From positions 44,764,001 through 44,828,000 of the forward strand of contig OX597814.1 of NCBI GenBank assembly GCA_951406725.2: DNA of 64,000 nt, given 5' to 3'. Below the pieces are notes generated by a model, which made no database searches, had not been told where the DNA came from, and was given only the letters and a program-made list of their open reading frames with translations. This DNA is from Octopus vulgaris (lineage: Eukaryota). This document shows positions 40,340-53,689 of the stretch, one piece after another. Numbering within the stretch: the first letter of the stretch is position 1; each line of letters opens with the position of its first letter. A program made the translations under genes and the position numbers.

Positions 40340-41080
40340 TAAGCGTGTGTGTTTGTGTGTATTTGTATGTGTGCGTGCGTGTGTATGTGTGTGTTTGTGT
40401 ATGTGCATGTGTCTGTGTGCAAATTTACACGTCTTCACTTGTGTATGTGTACATAGATAAGTATACATAGATAAGTAGAATATGAACTCAAACACATAAG
40501 CAGGAACATGGAAATGTGTGACTGGTTATGGATTGAAATAAATTTACAAATGTAGCTAGTATGTATATATATATATGTGTACATATATGTGTGCATACGT
40601 ATGTACTTGTATGAATGTCTATATTTACATACATACACACATACATAAGTGGGTACATATAGACATGAGTGTAAATAAATGTATATTCAAAGGTATGTCT
40701 GTGCATATGAGTGCATGTGAGTGTTCTTACCTATAGGCATGCATGTATATCAGTGTAAGTACATATCCATATATAGATTACTTAAGTAAGTTAGCAAATG
40801 TATCTATGTATAAGTGTATATAGATATATGAACGGATACTTTTAAGTGCGCGCGCGCATGTATACATATGTGTGTATATGTGTAAATGAATTTATATATA
40901 TATAATAACAAAGGGTAAAATTAAATAATTCAGAAGTAATCAGTAATTTCACCAAGTAGAATTCGGCATGAAAAAGACCATTTCATGGTAAGCTTAACTA
41001 ATACTCTATAATTAGGGTTCAGCATTGACTGCTATTTCTAAACGTCGGTATGTGGTGACGAAAATCTTTGCTGAACCCTA

Positions 41081-41125
<45 letters not shown>

Positions 41126-41127
41126 TG

Positions 41128-41166
<39 letters not shown>

Positions 41167-41778
41167 GGACAGACACTTGTGTATGTGTGTATCTATATGT
41201 GTTTGTGTGTGTGTGTGTGCGCGCACACATGTGTTCACGTTGATGCATGTACTTATACGATTATATAGGCGTATGTCATGATATACTGATGACCTCATAT
41301 TTGTATATCAATAAGCTGAATGGATATATGTATGCGCAAGGTCATTGCCTAATAATATCTATCGATAAACATTATGATTTATTGTATATGTCTAAGAGTT
41401 TGTGTGTGTTCTAGGGTAGGATAAATGGCAACAGTCCCTGCTTCCTCTATAGTCTGATGTTTGTACGACCTTCTTGAATTTGTTCTTTCATATTTATTTT
41501 ATATAACTGAGCATGATCCCTGACCATTGGAGAAGCGTATTGAAAAATAGGATACTTTTGAGCTAATTGCTTGCTGAAAAAGGAACTCGTCACCTACTAT
41601 TGCCACTATCCCGATTTATATGTTTAGAATTTACGAGCTAAATGGCAAGTTTTTTTACCATGATGGAATCTAAAAATGCACCAATAAAATGCTACCGAAA
41701 CAGCTGTTATGAATTTAAAACCCCACTTACGTCGTTGTTTTATATATATGTATGTATGTATATATATATGTATGTATG

Positions 41779-41845
<67 letters not shown>

Positions 41846-41856
41846 GTGTGTATGTA

Positions 41857-41891
<35 letters not shown>

Positions 41892-41896
<5 letters not shown>

Positions 41897-42100
41897 ATCC
41901 AAACAAGAAAACACAGAAAAAAACACAGCAACGCGAGGATATGGAACAATTAAAGTATTATTTGACGCTCAGGAAAGAAGGGAAGGAGGGTTTAACGTTT
42001 CGAGCGGAGCTCTTCGTCGGAAACAAGGAGAAGGAAAGATCCCGAGAAGGGAAGACAGAGGAAAAAAATATTTTTGCTGGTGGTGCTCAAGAGATCACAT
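41892..42100 (-). mobile_element. Penelope-LTR-like repeat with hammerhead variant (41990-42024)
   Basis: Minus strand GUUU-CCGACGA-A-GAGC(UCC)GCUC-GAAA-CG-UU-AAAC; abuts (TA)n; inverted copy at 44206-44414. Confidence 0.75.
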
Positions 42101-42921
42101 GTTACAGAGAGAGGGTGTGTGTGAGAGAGAAGGAGAGAGGGAGAGACAATACAACACATACTCACATATATACACACGCCTATTCACACCTCAAACTAAC
42201 ATGTATGATATATGTTACGTATATACTAGGGTCGTTACAAGAAAAAGATACAGAGCATCACCGCCTAATATACCAGTACCACGTATACTTGTGTGAACAG
42301 CTTTGTTATGGAACTTCTACTAGCCATCACGTGAAGAACTTCATGTTTACCGGACTGTATGGTTCATTTAAATGGTTTCACCATCTGAAAGAATTTATAT
42401 GTTAGTTTCTACGCGAAAAGTTCATATATTCTAAACATAAGGAGCAGGTTTTCTCAGTTTTACATATATAAATATATACATACATACAAACATACATACA
42501 AACGTACGTGCGTGCATACATACATACATACATACATACATACATACATACATACATACATACATACATACATACATACATACATACATACATACACACA
42601 TACACATACTATTTGTACTGATAACAAACTAACTTTATCTTGACATTTTTCATAGTCTGATAGAATCGAATTTGTGAGAAGGTAAAGAGATATTTGTTAA
42701 AGATATCGAAATTGACCTATAACACTAAGTTTTGTCTGTTATATAACACAATGATATTCGCCGACAATGAACAATAACATATAAGCGAACTAGCTACCTG
42801 TCAAAAGCACGTTCATCCTCAATAACCATGTTCACATAAACGTATGGTTGCTTAGGAATTTATCTTTCTGTGTGTGTGTGTGTGTAATGCAGACACATAC
42901 GTAATATCACAAACATATATG

Positions 42922-42957
<36 letters not shown>

Positions 42958-43082
42958 CCCACAAGTCTACATAATGCAAGCACATACATAAATACACTTA
43001 TATATGTACATACATACATACATACATACATACATACATACATACGTACGTACGTACGTATATATGTATGTATGTATGTATG

Positions 43083-43116
<34 letters not shown>

Positions 43117-43180
43117 TGTATGTATGTATGTATGTATATATATATATATATATATGTACATATATGTATATATATGTATA

Positions 43181-43230
<50 letters not shown>

Positions 43231-44205
43231 GACAGACAGGAGGAACGAGAAAGAAAAAGTGTGACGTGAAGAGAAAATGAATGCGAAGTGGGACAAATAC
43301 AGAGGCAGTGAAAGAGAGGGAGAATGGGGAAAAAGCTATTTAAGTTTAACAGTTTGTCGAAATGAAAAAAATTATTCATGGAGAAATTTGCTTATTAACG
43401 AGAGCTCTGGGACTATCATTAGAGGCTGAAACAATCATATACGTCTCAAAGTTCTGAGTGAAATGAATCAAATAAACATAGGCAAACAGAAAACTAGAGA
43501 TACTTCACTAATAATGTCGATCTTTTCTATTATTGTTTTAAAGACGGGCAAGTTGGGGGAATACTCTCAGTCAGTAGTAAATGCTATTAAATAGTCTCTT
43601 CGAAATAAGCTATCCAAATTTCTGACATGCTTCCAGGAGTTCGAAAATCACTTTAGCAATCTCTTCATATAACTGATTCTGGATTTTACTCTCAATATCC
43701 ATATTCACTTCCCCTCTAAATGATTCCGATTCTCTATCGCTGTGTTCTCTGTCTGCCTATCACATTGTATGTATGTATGTATGTATGTATGTATGTGTAT
43801 GAGTCGAAACAGGGGCAGCTGAAGAAGGGGAATTTTTTTTTTGTATTGCTTGTCTTCTACTCTGTTTTTTCGTTGTTAAAAAAAGTCCGTTTCCTTGTTT
43901 GATTTTATGTTTTCGTTTCTCGTTGTATTCTACGTTTATTTGTGGTGTCCTGTACTCATGTATGCATGTATATATACATATAGATGTAGGTATGTACATA
44001 TATATATGTATATGTTTTATTTATCAAATTGTTATTATATATATACATATTTTGTTTTATTTATATTTATATTTCCTGAGCGCCATACTAATACAATTGT
44101 TTGTTTGTATTCCACCTGTCTTCGTCTTTTGTTTATTTCCGTAAACCTGCCTTCGTCTTTTGTCTATTTTCATAAAGCTTCCCGTTATATATATATATAT
44201 ACAAA

Positions 44206-44411
44206 ATGTGACCTCGTGTGTACCGTTGGCGATTTTTTTTCCTCTGTCATCCCTTCTCTGGATCTTTCCTTCTCCTATGTTTCCGACGAAGAGCTCCGCC
44301 CGAAACGTTAAACCCTCCTTCTTTCCTTCTTTGCTGAGCGTCCAATAATACTATATTTGTTCCACGTCCTCGCGTTGTTGTGTTTTTTTTTGTGCTTTCT
44401 TGTTTGGATTA

Positions 44412-44414
<3 letters not shown>
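44206..44414 (+). mobile_element. Penelope-LTR-like repeat with hammerhead variant (44279-44313)
   Basis: GUUU-CCGACGA-A-GAGC(UCC)GCCC-GAAA-CG-UU-AAAC; (TA)n on both sides. Confidence 0.75.
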
Positions 44415-44475
<61 letters not shown>

Positions 44476-44839
44476 CATATTCAGAAGTCAAACAGCTATA
44501 GTAATAAACAAACGGACGGAAAATATATACTAAGTTCACTCAATACACAGACGAACGGAGAACAAGCACAGAAGGCAACGGAAGATAGAATGATACCGCC
44601 TTAGATCGTGACCGACCACGTGGTAGTCGGAGGAGGGAGGAAGAGTCAGAGTGGATAGAGAGCAGCTGAGAGGGAAAAAGTAAGGCAGAATGAAAAAGAG
44701 AAAGGCCAGATCGGTCACACTTCTCTGTACTCCTTACTCCACCTTTCTCTTGTGTTTGTTTAGTCCTATGGGATAGTTTTTATTTCTCCTTTGCGTTACT
44801 CCGCACTTGTCAATCTGCTAGCCCACGGCTTTTTATGAT

Positions 44840-44841
<2 letters not shown>

Positions 44842-44918
<77 letters not shown>

Positions 44919-44930
44919 TTTTATTATTAT
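44842..44930. repeat. (ATT)n microsatellite
   Basis: Direct observation. Confidence 0.97.
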
Positions 44931-45565
44931 TCTGTCTTCGCCAGACTCTAAGGCCATATTTTGTTTATCTATTTCGTTTTCGTTTTTCATTTTTTTTTTT
45001 GGCTCGCTTTCCTCCTTGACTGTCCGTCTTGTTTTGTTATGTTTTGGCCGCATTCCCAGCAAGCTCTCTTGCTGGTTGCCTCCAGGGTAGATGCAATATT
45101 ATCGATAATGGCACGAAATTGCGCTCGACACTTTGGCCGATACCTGACGATGAAGTGGGGACCTTCTGTGTTTGTTCCCCAGTCGTTTGCGCATTCATTG
45201 CACTTAGTATATGTTTTTCCCTCCACTTGTTTATTATTATACATGTTTGACTTCTGACAATATCATTCACTTAACGCACTCCTTATTTTTTACCTATATA
45301 TATTTATATTAAGCAGATGCCAGAGAGTAACTTAAAGGCCAAGCGTTTCGTGTGTTTGTACTTATTTGTGTGAACTAGTTTGATAAGTGTCAATGCTCGA
45401 ACCTCTTGGCTCTTGAGTCACTCTGATGCTTCTATTAATGCTAAGTATTAATAAAAATATACATATACTCATGATTTTAGCTCTATTTTTTCAGCATACC
45501 TATTTATATATACATATGTGTGTATATTATGTATACATATATATAATATAATATAATATATACAA

Positions 45566-45627
<62 letters not shown>

Positions 45628-45640
45628 AAGCACCACTATT

Positions 45641-45678
<38 letters not shown>

Positions 45679-46345
45679 ATTTGCTTTTATCAGCACTATC
45701 CTATAATCGCCCAACCTGACAGAATATGTTGTTGTTAACAGGATGGAGATATTCGTCCTCGACTTATGTGGCAGTGTACTAAAACTCTGACCTGGTCTTA
45801 GCATAACTCTCTTAGAATCTGAACATCACTCTCTTTCACTCCTTCTTTGTTTCTCCCTTTCACTCCTACTCTTCCTCTGCTTCAACTCCCCCCACCCGCC
45901 CACGCACACACACCACATCTGGAGCACTTTCGGCGTCATCCCTTCACACACTCACATGAATTTTCCATGTTGAATTGTTTACGCTCGCTCCCCCAACAAA
46001 ATCGCAATTCAGATATCATTTCCTCGTGTCTTATTTTAGCCTACCCGAAAGACGATGTTTCTTTCTTACTTCATCTATGTTTATTTTCTATTCATGATTA
46101 TCCTTCTGGCAACTTTTTAAATCTACAACTTACCTTTATTGTTACAGAAAAACTAATTAACATCGGTAGCTTTTATATTTCCAATAAGGATGCCGCGACA
46201 AGCTAATTAATTGCTTCAGGATTTAAAATAGGCTCGATGTAGGAACTAGTATTGCAAATTATCCATATCTTTGTATTCCTCTCCTTTAGTAAAAGCTATG
46301 AAAACGACTATAGCTTATATATGCGCGCGCATGTGTGTATGTGTG

Positions 46346-46383
<38 letters not shown>

Positions 46384-46437
46384 TGTGTGGGTGTATGTGT
46401 GCGTGCAATATGATTATTAAGTTATTATCTTTAATAA

Positions 46438-46660
46438 GGTGCCGAAATGGCAGAAATTTTAGCACACCGGGAAAAATGCTTGGCAGTATTTCGCCCGTCG
46501 CTACGGTCTCAGTTCAAATTCCGCCGCGGTCGACTTTGCCTTTCATCCTTTCGGGGTCGATAAATCAAGTACCAATGAAACACTGGGGGCGATGTAATCG
46601 ACTAGTCCCACCCCACCAAATTTCAACCCTTATGTCTTTATTAGAAAGGATTATTATTAT
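46438..46660 (+). mobile_element. SINE family B, older copy with an alternative tail
   Basis: Core GTCGACTTTGCCTTTCATCCTTTCGGGGTCGATAAA; ends in (ATT)n. Confidence 0.8.
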
Positions 46661-47537
46661 CTTTGATTTATATATGATTCGGCCTCATGCAAATTAAAGT
46701 TTTCGTAGGCTTCTTATATAGACTTGGGGCCAAAGCAACCTGTTTCAAATAATAACATGTATAACCCTTGCTAAATAAGTTTTATGACTCTTTCTTTCGT
46801 CCGATTATTTCTATGTCCCCGCGCATGATACAGCCTTAAGACATACATACATACATACATACATACATACATACATACATACATACATACATACATACAT
46901 ACATACATAGCATGTTCTATATTTCCACTAGGTCTGAAAACAGTTAACCGGGGATGGAGAAAGCGGTACTGCATCATAACCAACTACTTTTATAGGAGGG
47001 GTAGTAATTTGCTCGATTTGGGATAGCCAGATCTTACTACAACATACATGTGACATGCAGGTCATATAATATTCTAGCTGGTTGCAAGTAACGTCGAAGT
47101 GAAGAAATTTCCTGAAGTAGAGAGCTCTTTGACCTGGCTTTCATTCTAAACCGTCGGTGTTGGTGGCCTATAAAAAGCTTCAGGTTTTATTCTTCTCTTA
47201 GAAATAACATTGCTACATAGAATCTTGTCAGCGGTAGATGTATATATTAATTTTAGAAATCGAAAGAGTTGTGAGATAGAGGTAAACGCACAACTATTTT
47301 CATATGGTTGGATATGTCTATATATGTCTATAATTTTACGAAGTTGCACTAACACAGGCTCGAATATATAAACACATGTGTAGGTACATATATATGTCCG
47401 TGTGCGTTTTCCCAGTAATTTATGCTGAGGTATTCATCGGATCAACAAAGCGGCAGTTATATATCAGAATATATTAATACTTTTATAAAGCAGAGGCACC
47501 CAACAGAATAACATGCAAACTATATATATATATATCT

Positions 47538-47975
47538 AAGTTGGCAGACACGTTATATATATATATATCTGAGTTGGCAGACTCGTTAGCGCGCCGGGCG
47601 AAATGCTTAGCGGTATTTCGTCTGCCGTTACGTTCTGAGTTCAAATTCCGCCGAGGTCAACTTTGCCTTTCATCCTTTCGGGGTCGATAAATTAAGGACT
47701 AGTTACGCACTGGGGTCGATATAATCGACTTAATCCGTTTGTCTGTCCTTGTTTGTCCTCTCTGTGTTTAGCCCCTTGTGGGTAGTAAAGAAATAGGTAT
47801 TTCGTCTGTCGTTACGTTCTGAGTTCAAATTCCGCCGAGGTCGACTTTACCTTTCATTCTTTCGGGTCGATAAATAAAGTACCAGTTTCGCACTGGGGTC
47901 GATGTAATCGACTTAATCCCTTTGTCTGTCCTTGTTTGTCCCCTCTATGTTTAGCCCCTTGCGGGCAATAAAGAA

Positions 47976-47977
<2 letters not shown>
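47538..47977 (+). mobile_element. SINE family B dimer inside (TA)n
   Basis: Units start at 47613 and 47797; short duplicated 5' piece at 47536-47555. Confidence 0.9.
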
Positions 47978-48017
<40 letters not shown>

Positions 48018-48031
48018 AATAACATATAAAG

Positions 48032-48136
<105 letters not shown>

Positions 48137-49219
48137 TACATTAATGTGGGCAGCTGGGTGCTTTATAAACCGCATAGGCAAAATTTAATCGTCACTAATC
48201 GTGATTGTATGTGTTATAAGGATATATATTGCTAGAAATAAGAGTTGAACCACTTATGACTGTGCAAAAGCACATTTATATATACTGACAGGGTAGATAA
48301 CTCCCCCATGAGCAAATCGAAGCCAGAACAATGGACAGTTTCATTCAGATGGGAATTGTCAACAAAGTCCCTCCATCGTTTGCATGGCAGAGTTGACATA
48401 CATACATACATACATACATACATAAAAAAGTTCTTAATCAGTTACACACACATGCTAGAAGCTTCCAAATTGTGAAGACACTCTTCCTTAGAAACAGAAC
48501 ATGACTGGGTTTATAAAGGAACCCGTGTAGCAACAGAAAATTATCATTCTTACTGTCAAGCTTTATCTCTCGTTGGTACTTATCGACGAAATAAATAGCA
48601 ACGCATCCAATGAAGTGTTACGAATCCATATAACTGCATATGCAATTACCGGCTAAAAAATTAATCTTAAATTACCAATATTACCTGTAATATTCAATTG
48701 TGTTTTATCTCCTGTTACTTTGAACTTGCGCCGTCATTCATGTTTAACTGCTGTACATGTAAACATGCAGCTTCATACAAATGCTACATTACACTCACAC
48801 ACACTATACCCATATATATATATGATCCGTTGGTGTTCCAGATTTAGTTTGGATGATATTAGGAGAATATATACCTGTTAAGACAGAAGCTTAATATGGA
48901 TCCCTAGCTCCAGCCTCAGCTGTGAACTTTCAACCTAAAGGATGACCAATTATAGCACTTGGTCACTGTATCTCTTTGTTTAGATTACCAGTGAACTAAA
49001 CCCCTCATAATATATATATATATAAGCACGCATGTATAATATACATATACATATATTTTTTTGCAGGCATACATACATACATCATAGACGCATTGAGAAA
49101 AACTCGGTTTCACGGAGAAAAAGCAGAAGAAATTGACATAATGAAGGAAAAATGGAGATTTGAAAGACCTTCCAAAATATCTGCATTTGATATTCTCAAG
49201 TGTATATATGCACAAACAA

Positions 49220-49620
49220 GGCGGCGAGCTGGCAGAAGCGTTAGCACGCCGGACGAAATTCTTAGCGATATTTCGTCTGTCTATACGTTCTGAGTTCAAA
49301 TTTTGCCGATATCGACTTTGCCTTTCCTCCTTTCGAGGTCGATACATTAAGTACCATTTACGCACTGGGGTCGATATAATCGACTTAACCCGTCTGCCTG
49401 TCCTTGTTTGTCTCCTCTGTGTTTAGCCCCTTGTGGGTAGTAAAGAAATAGGTATTTCGTCTGTTGCTACATTCTTATTTCAAATTCCGCCGAAGTCGAC
49501 TTTGCCTTTCCTCCTTTCGGGGTCGATTAAATAAGTACCAGTTGTGTACTTGGGTCGATCTAATTGATTAGCGCTCTCCCCAAAAATTTCGGGCATTTTG
49601 CCTAGAGTAGCAAAGAATAA
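49220..49620 (+). mobile_element. SINE family B dimer; second unit has a different tail
   Basis: Junction GAAATAG|GTATTTCG at 49451/49452. Confidence 0.88.
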
Positions 49621-49867
49621 GCCCCCTACATGTAGAAAGAACACCAATCCTCGACAAGGTTAAAATACAATTGACATTTCTACTGCTGCAGATGATGGAG
49701 CTAGAGTGAGTTGGTATTCATTTTTAGCTGAGTATACTCGAGGAACTTAAACTGAAGTAGATTACTCAAGAACACGACGGCCAACCGGTGAAGGATCGAA
49801 CCCACGATCTCATACTTGTCATCCCACGGACTTTCACGCGCAGATAGAAACATACATACCTAAACAG

Positions 49868-49881
49868 ATAGATAGATAGAC

Positions 49882-49961
<80 letters not shown>
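49868..49961. repeat. (GATA)n microsatellite
   Basis: Direct observation. Confidence 0.97.
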
Positions 49962-49962
<1 letters not shown>

Positions 49963-50330
49963 TTGTTCTGAATATACCGATATACCGTTTCAGACTTGAA
50001 TAATAACAAAAAATAGTTTTAACAATACATACAGCACTCGATATAGTGATGTAGGGTAATGTATTTGTATTTGTAAAGCAAAATTGAGTCAACTTATCAC
50101 GTTAGTTCGGTCTTCACGAACTGCTTATCTCAACATGGTATTTTAGAATATTTTTCTATGCCATCTGGAGATAAGCGGGTCCTAAAGACGGAAACAGCAA
50201 TATCATTACCTGCCTACACAAGAAGTTAATTCGTATCGTATTGGTTATATGAATCTATGTATCTATATATGTGTGAATTTATCTATGTACACATATGTAT
50301 GTATATATGTATACACACACACACACACAC

Positions 50331-50399
<69 letters not shown>

Positions 50400-50529
50400 T
50401 ATATACATATATATATATATATGTATATACTGATATATACATATGCAATGTATTCATATATATACACTTATATATTATATATATGCACATATGTATACGT
50501 ATGCATATATGTATAGTCGTGTTATTGCA

Positions 50530-50590
<61 letters not shown>

Positions 50591-51301
50591 GTATGCGCAT
50601 ATACAAGCGTTCATACTTATATAGGGACTTAGGGAATGCATGTGTATATACCAGCATATGAATGTATTTGAGTATATGTATAATTATACAAACGCACCCA
50701 ACGGTGGATATATTGTAATAATATTTTGTAATCATTGTTCTATTTTTCTTTCCTTCAAATAGATGTTTCAAAAATTAAAAAAAAATTATCTTGACAGATT
50801 TTCGAGATGGAAAGAAATGATTTTCGTAGTATATATTATTTTTATCTGCGTATTGCTTTCTTTTAAAATCTTAGTTTTGTTTTCCATTTTAACTAAAATT
50901 GACAAGAAGAAATATAAAAACACGGATGAATTCCATTAGGAGAAATAAAATGAAAAGTTTAAAAATAACGTACAAAGAAACACGAAGCATACAATTAAAA
51001 AGAGTGACTTATCTTGCAAGAAGATACACACATACACACACACACACACACATACACGCATACATATATGTATATAAATGCATATATATGTTGTATAACT
51101 GTATACACATATATGTGTGAGCATACTTATATATACGAGCATCTATACATATAAACACACACATATATGTATGTAAGCACACACATATATGTATATATGC
51201 ATATGTTTATTTATGTGTGTATATATATATATGTATATATGTATATATACATATATGCGTGTGTGTGTGTATGTATTTATGTGTATGCATATATATATGT
51301 A

Positions 51302-51341
<40 letters not shown>

Positions 51342-52488
51342 CATGTATATGCATATATATACATATATATATATATATACATGTATACGCATATATGTAT
51401 ATCTATGTGGATGGGTGGATGTGTTTATGTATATGTGTGTAAATATGTAGACATGTGTGTATGCATATTTTACTTGATATCTTCATTAGAAATATATCTA
51501 TTCAGAAATATTCTTGTTTAATCTATTATTGTTTATTCTTAGTTTTTCAAGCGAGATGCTGAAAAATGTTTTGAGAAGATATAAACTAACGAGATGAACC
51601 AGTTATATTTAATCACTGTTTTCTGTCTTTAAGCAACTCTACCATCACCTGCTCTCAAATTCTTATTGCATGGCCAGCTGCAAGTTTCTTACACGTCACG
51701 TTTCCTGATTCAAAAATAATAACTTTCAAAGCGATTTTTTTTTCTCTCTTGTAATGATTACTTTACAAGATAAGTGTATATTGGTTTCTTTTCTGTAATA
51801 TTGTAAAACAAGCTTTCAGCCATTTAGTGAACGTTTCAAATGACGGAAAGAATAAGATAGGAATATATCTATAATATTTTATAGTTTTTGCTTGAAAATG
51901 CATGGTCTCATATAACTAGTTTCTATGTAATTGAATGATTAGTTTCGAAAATTATTCTTTCTCATGGTTCAGGTAGCAATAGGAAGACATGTTTAATGAT
52001 TTAAAAGCGTATTCAGAACGACTACCTTCAACCGATTTACAGAACAATCTACTTGCTTAAATCCATCATAACCTATTTCATATTTTCCATATCAGAACAC
52101 AGACGATAAAAAATATGCAAACGCGTTAATATTTAACGATTTAGTATGACGTAAAGTACACTTTTAGTTTAAAGTCTGTAACACACTAACTTGCTTTCTG
52201 AATGTGGTGCGAGAAAGTAGGATAAATTAGTGTTAAGTTATAGGAAATATACATGAATAGAAATGTTATTGCATGCTTGTTCAGCAATGCTATTTGCTTA
52301 AGAAATAAACAGAGCATCTACATACATACATATGCAAACATACTTATATATGTATAGGTATATGTATAGTATATATGGGGTATGCATAAGAGTTGGTTAT
52401 ACTGGAAAATATATTCAGCAGAGTAATACCAAAACAGGAAGTTGGAAATTACAACCAAAAATTTTCCAATCGCCATTTTTGATATATA

Positions 52489-52842
52489 ACTTTTACTTGT
52501 TTCAATCATTAGACTGCGGCTATGCTTGGGCACCGTCTTGAAGAATTCTTTTGTCAAATGTATCGACACCAGTACTTATTTTTTAAAGCATAGTACTCAT
52601 TCTATCACTCAGTTTTGCTGAACGGTTCTCAAGTGGTGATGGGAACAAACACAGACAAGAACACACACACACGGATATACGACATACTTCTTTCAGTTTC
52701 CGTCTACCAAATCCACTCACAAGTATTTAGTCTGCCCGAGGCTATAGTGGAAGATATTTGCCCAAGTTGCAACTCAATAGGACTGAACTCAGCGCCATGT
52801 GGTAGCGAAGCAAACTCCTTACCACACAGCCACGCGTTCGCC
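52489..52842 (-). mobile_element. Diverged SINE family A
   Basis: TTTCAGTTTCCGTCTACCAAATCCACTCACAAG and flanking homology. Confidence 0.8.
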
Positions 52843-53574
52843 TAAAAGAATATATATATCCCCTTCTCCCCCTTTCGTTTTTTGTGTCTCTCATCCTTTC
52901 TCTAATTTTTTCCTCTCCATTTCGCCGTTCTCTGTCTGTCTCCTGTCAGAGCTTGTTCCTTCAGCGTTCACCACTTCGCCTCATTGAGGCTTAGCAGTCC
53001 TTCCTGTTTGTTTTCACTGTCCTGTTTTTCTTTACTAACTTTGACCCTCCGCAAAATCCCAAATCTGTCGTGAATTGCTAGAAATACGGAGTAGAAAAAC
53101 AGCCGACATTTGATGAAGGGTCGTTCTTTATGTTGCTTGTCTTATTTTCCCTTTGTTTCTTTTCTTTCGTAGTCGCAAAAAAATGCTCGTATTCCATGTT
53201 TTCGTATTCCGTATCTCATGTTCTTTACGTTCTGTGACGTCCTGTGTCCATATATGCCAATGCATATACAATATATATGTAAGTATGTACATATATGTAT
53301 GTATATATGCCTATATATATATACATATATATCTACATATTTATATTTATATATATATATGTAGATATATATATATATTTATATATATATACATATATAT
53401 ATGTGTGTGTGTGTATATATATAAATATATGTGTGTGTGTATATATATATATATATATTACTACGGCACTCTCTCTATATACATATATATATATATACAT
53501 ATATATATGCATATATATATGTAGATATATACATACATATATACATATATATATACATATATACATATATATAC

Positions 53575-53630
<56 letters not shown>

Positions 53631-53689
53631 ATATATACATGTGTGTGTGTATACTTAGATTACTTAGATAAATTAGCTATGGCTATGTT

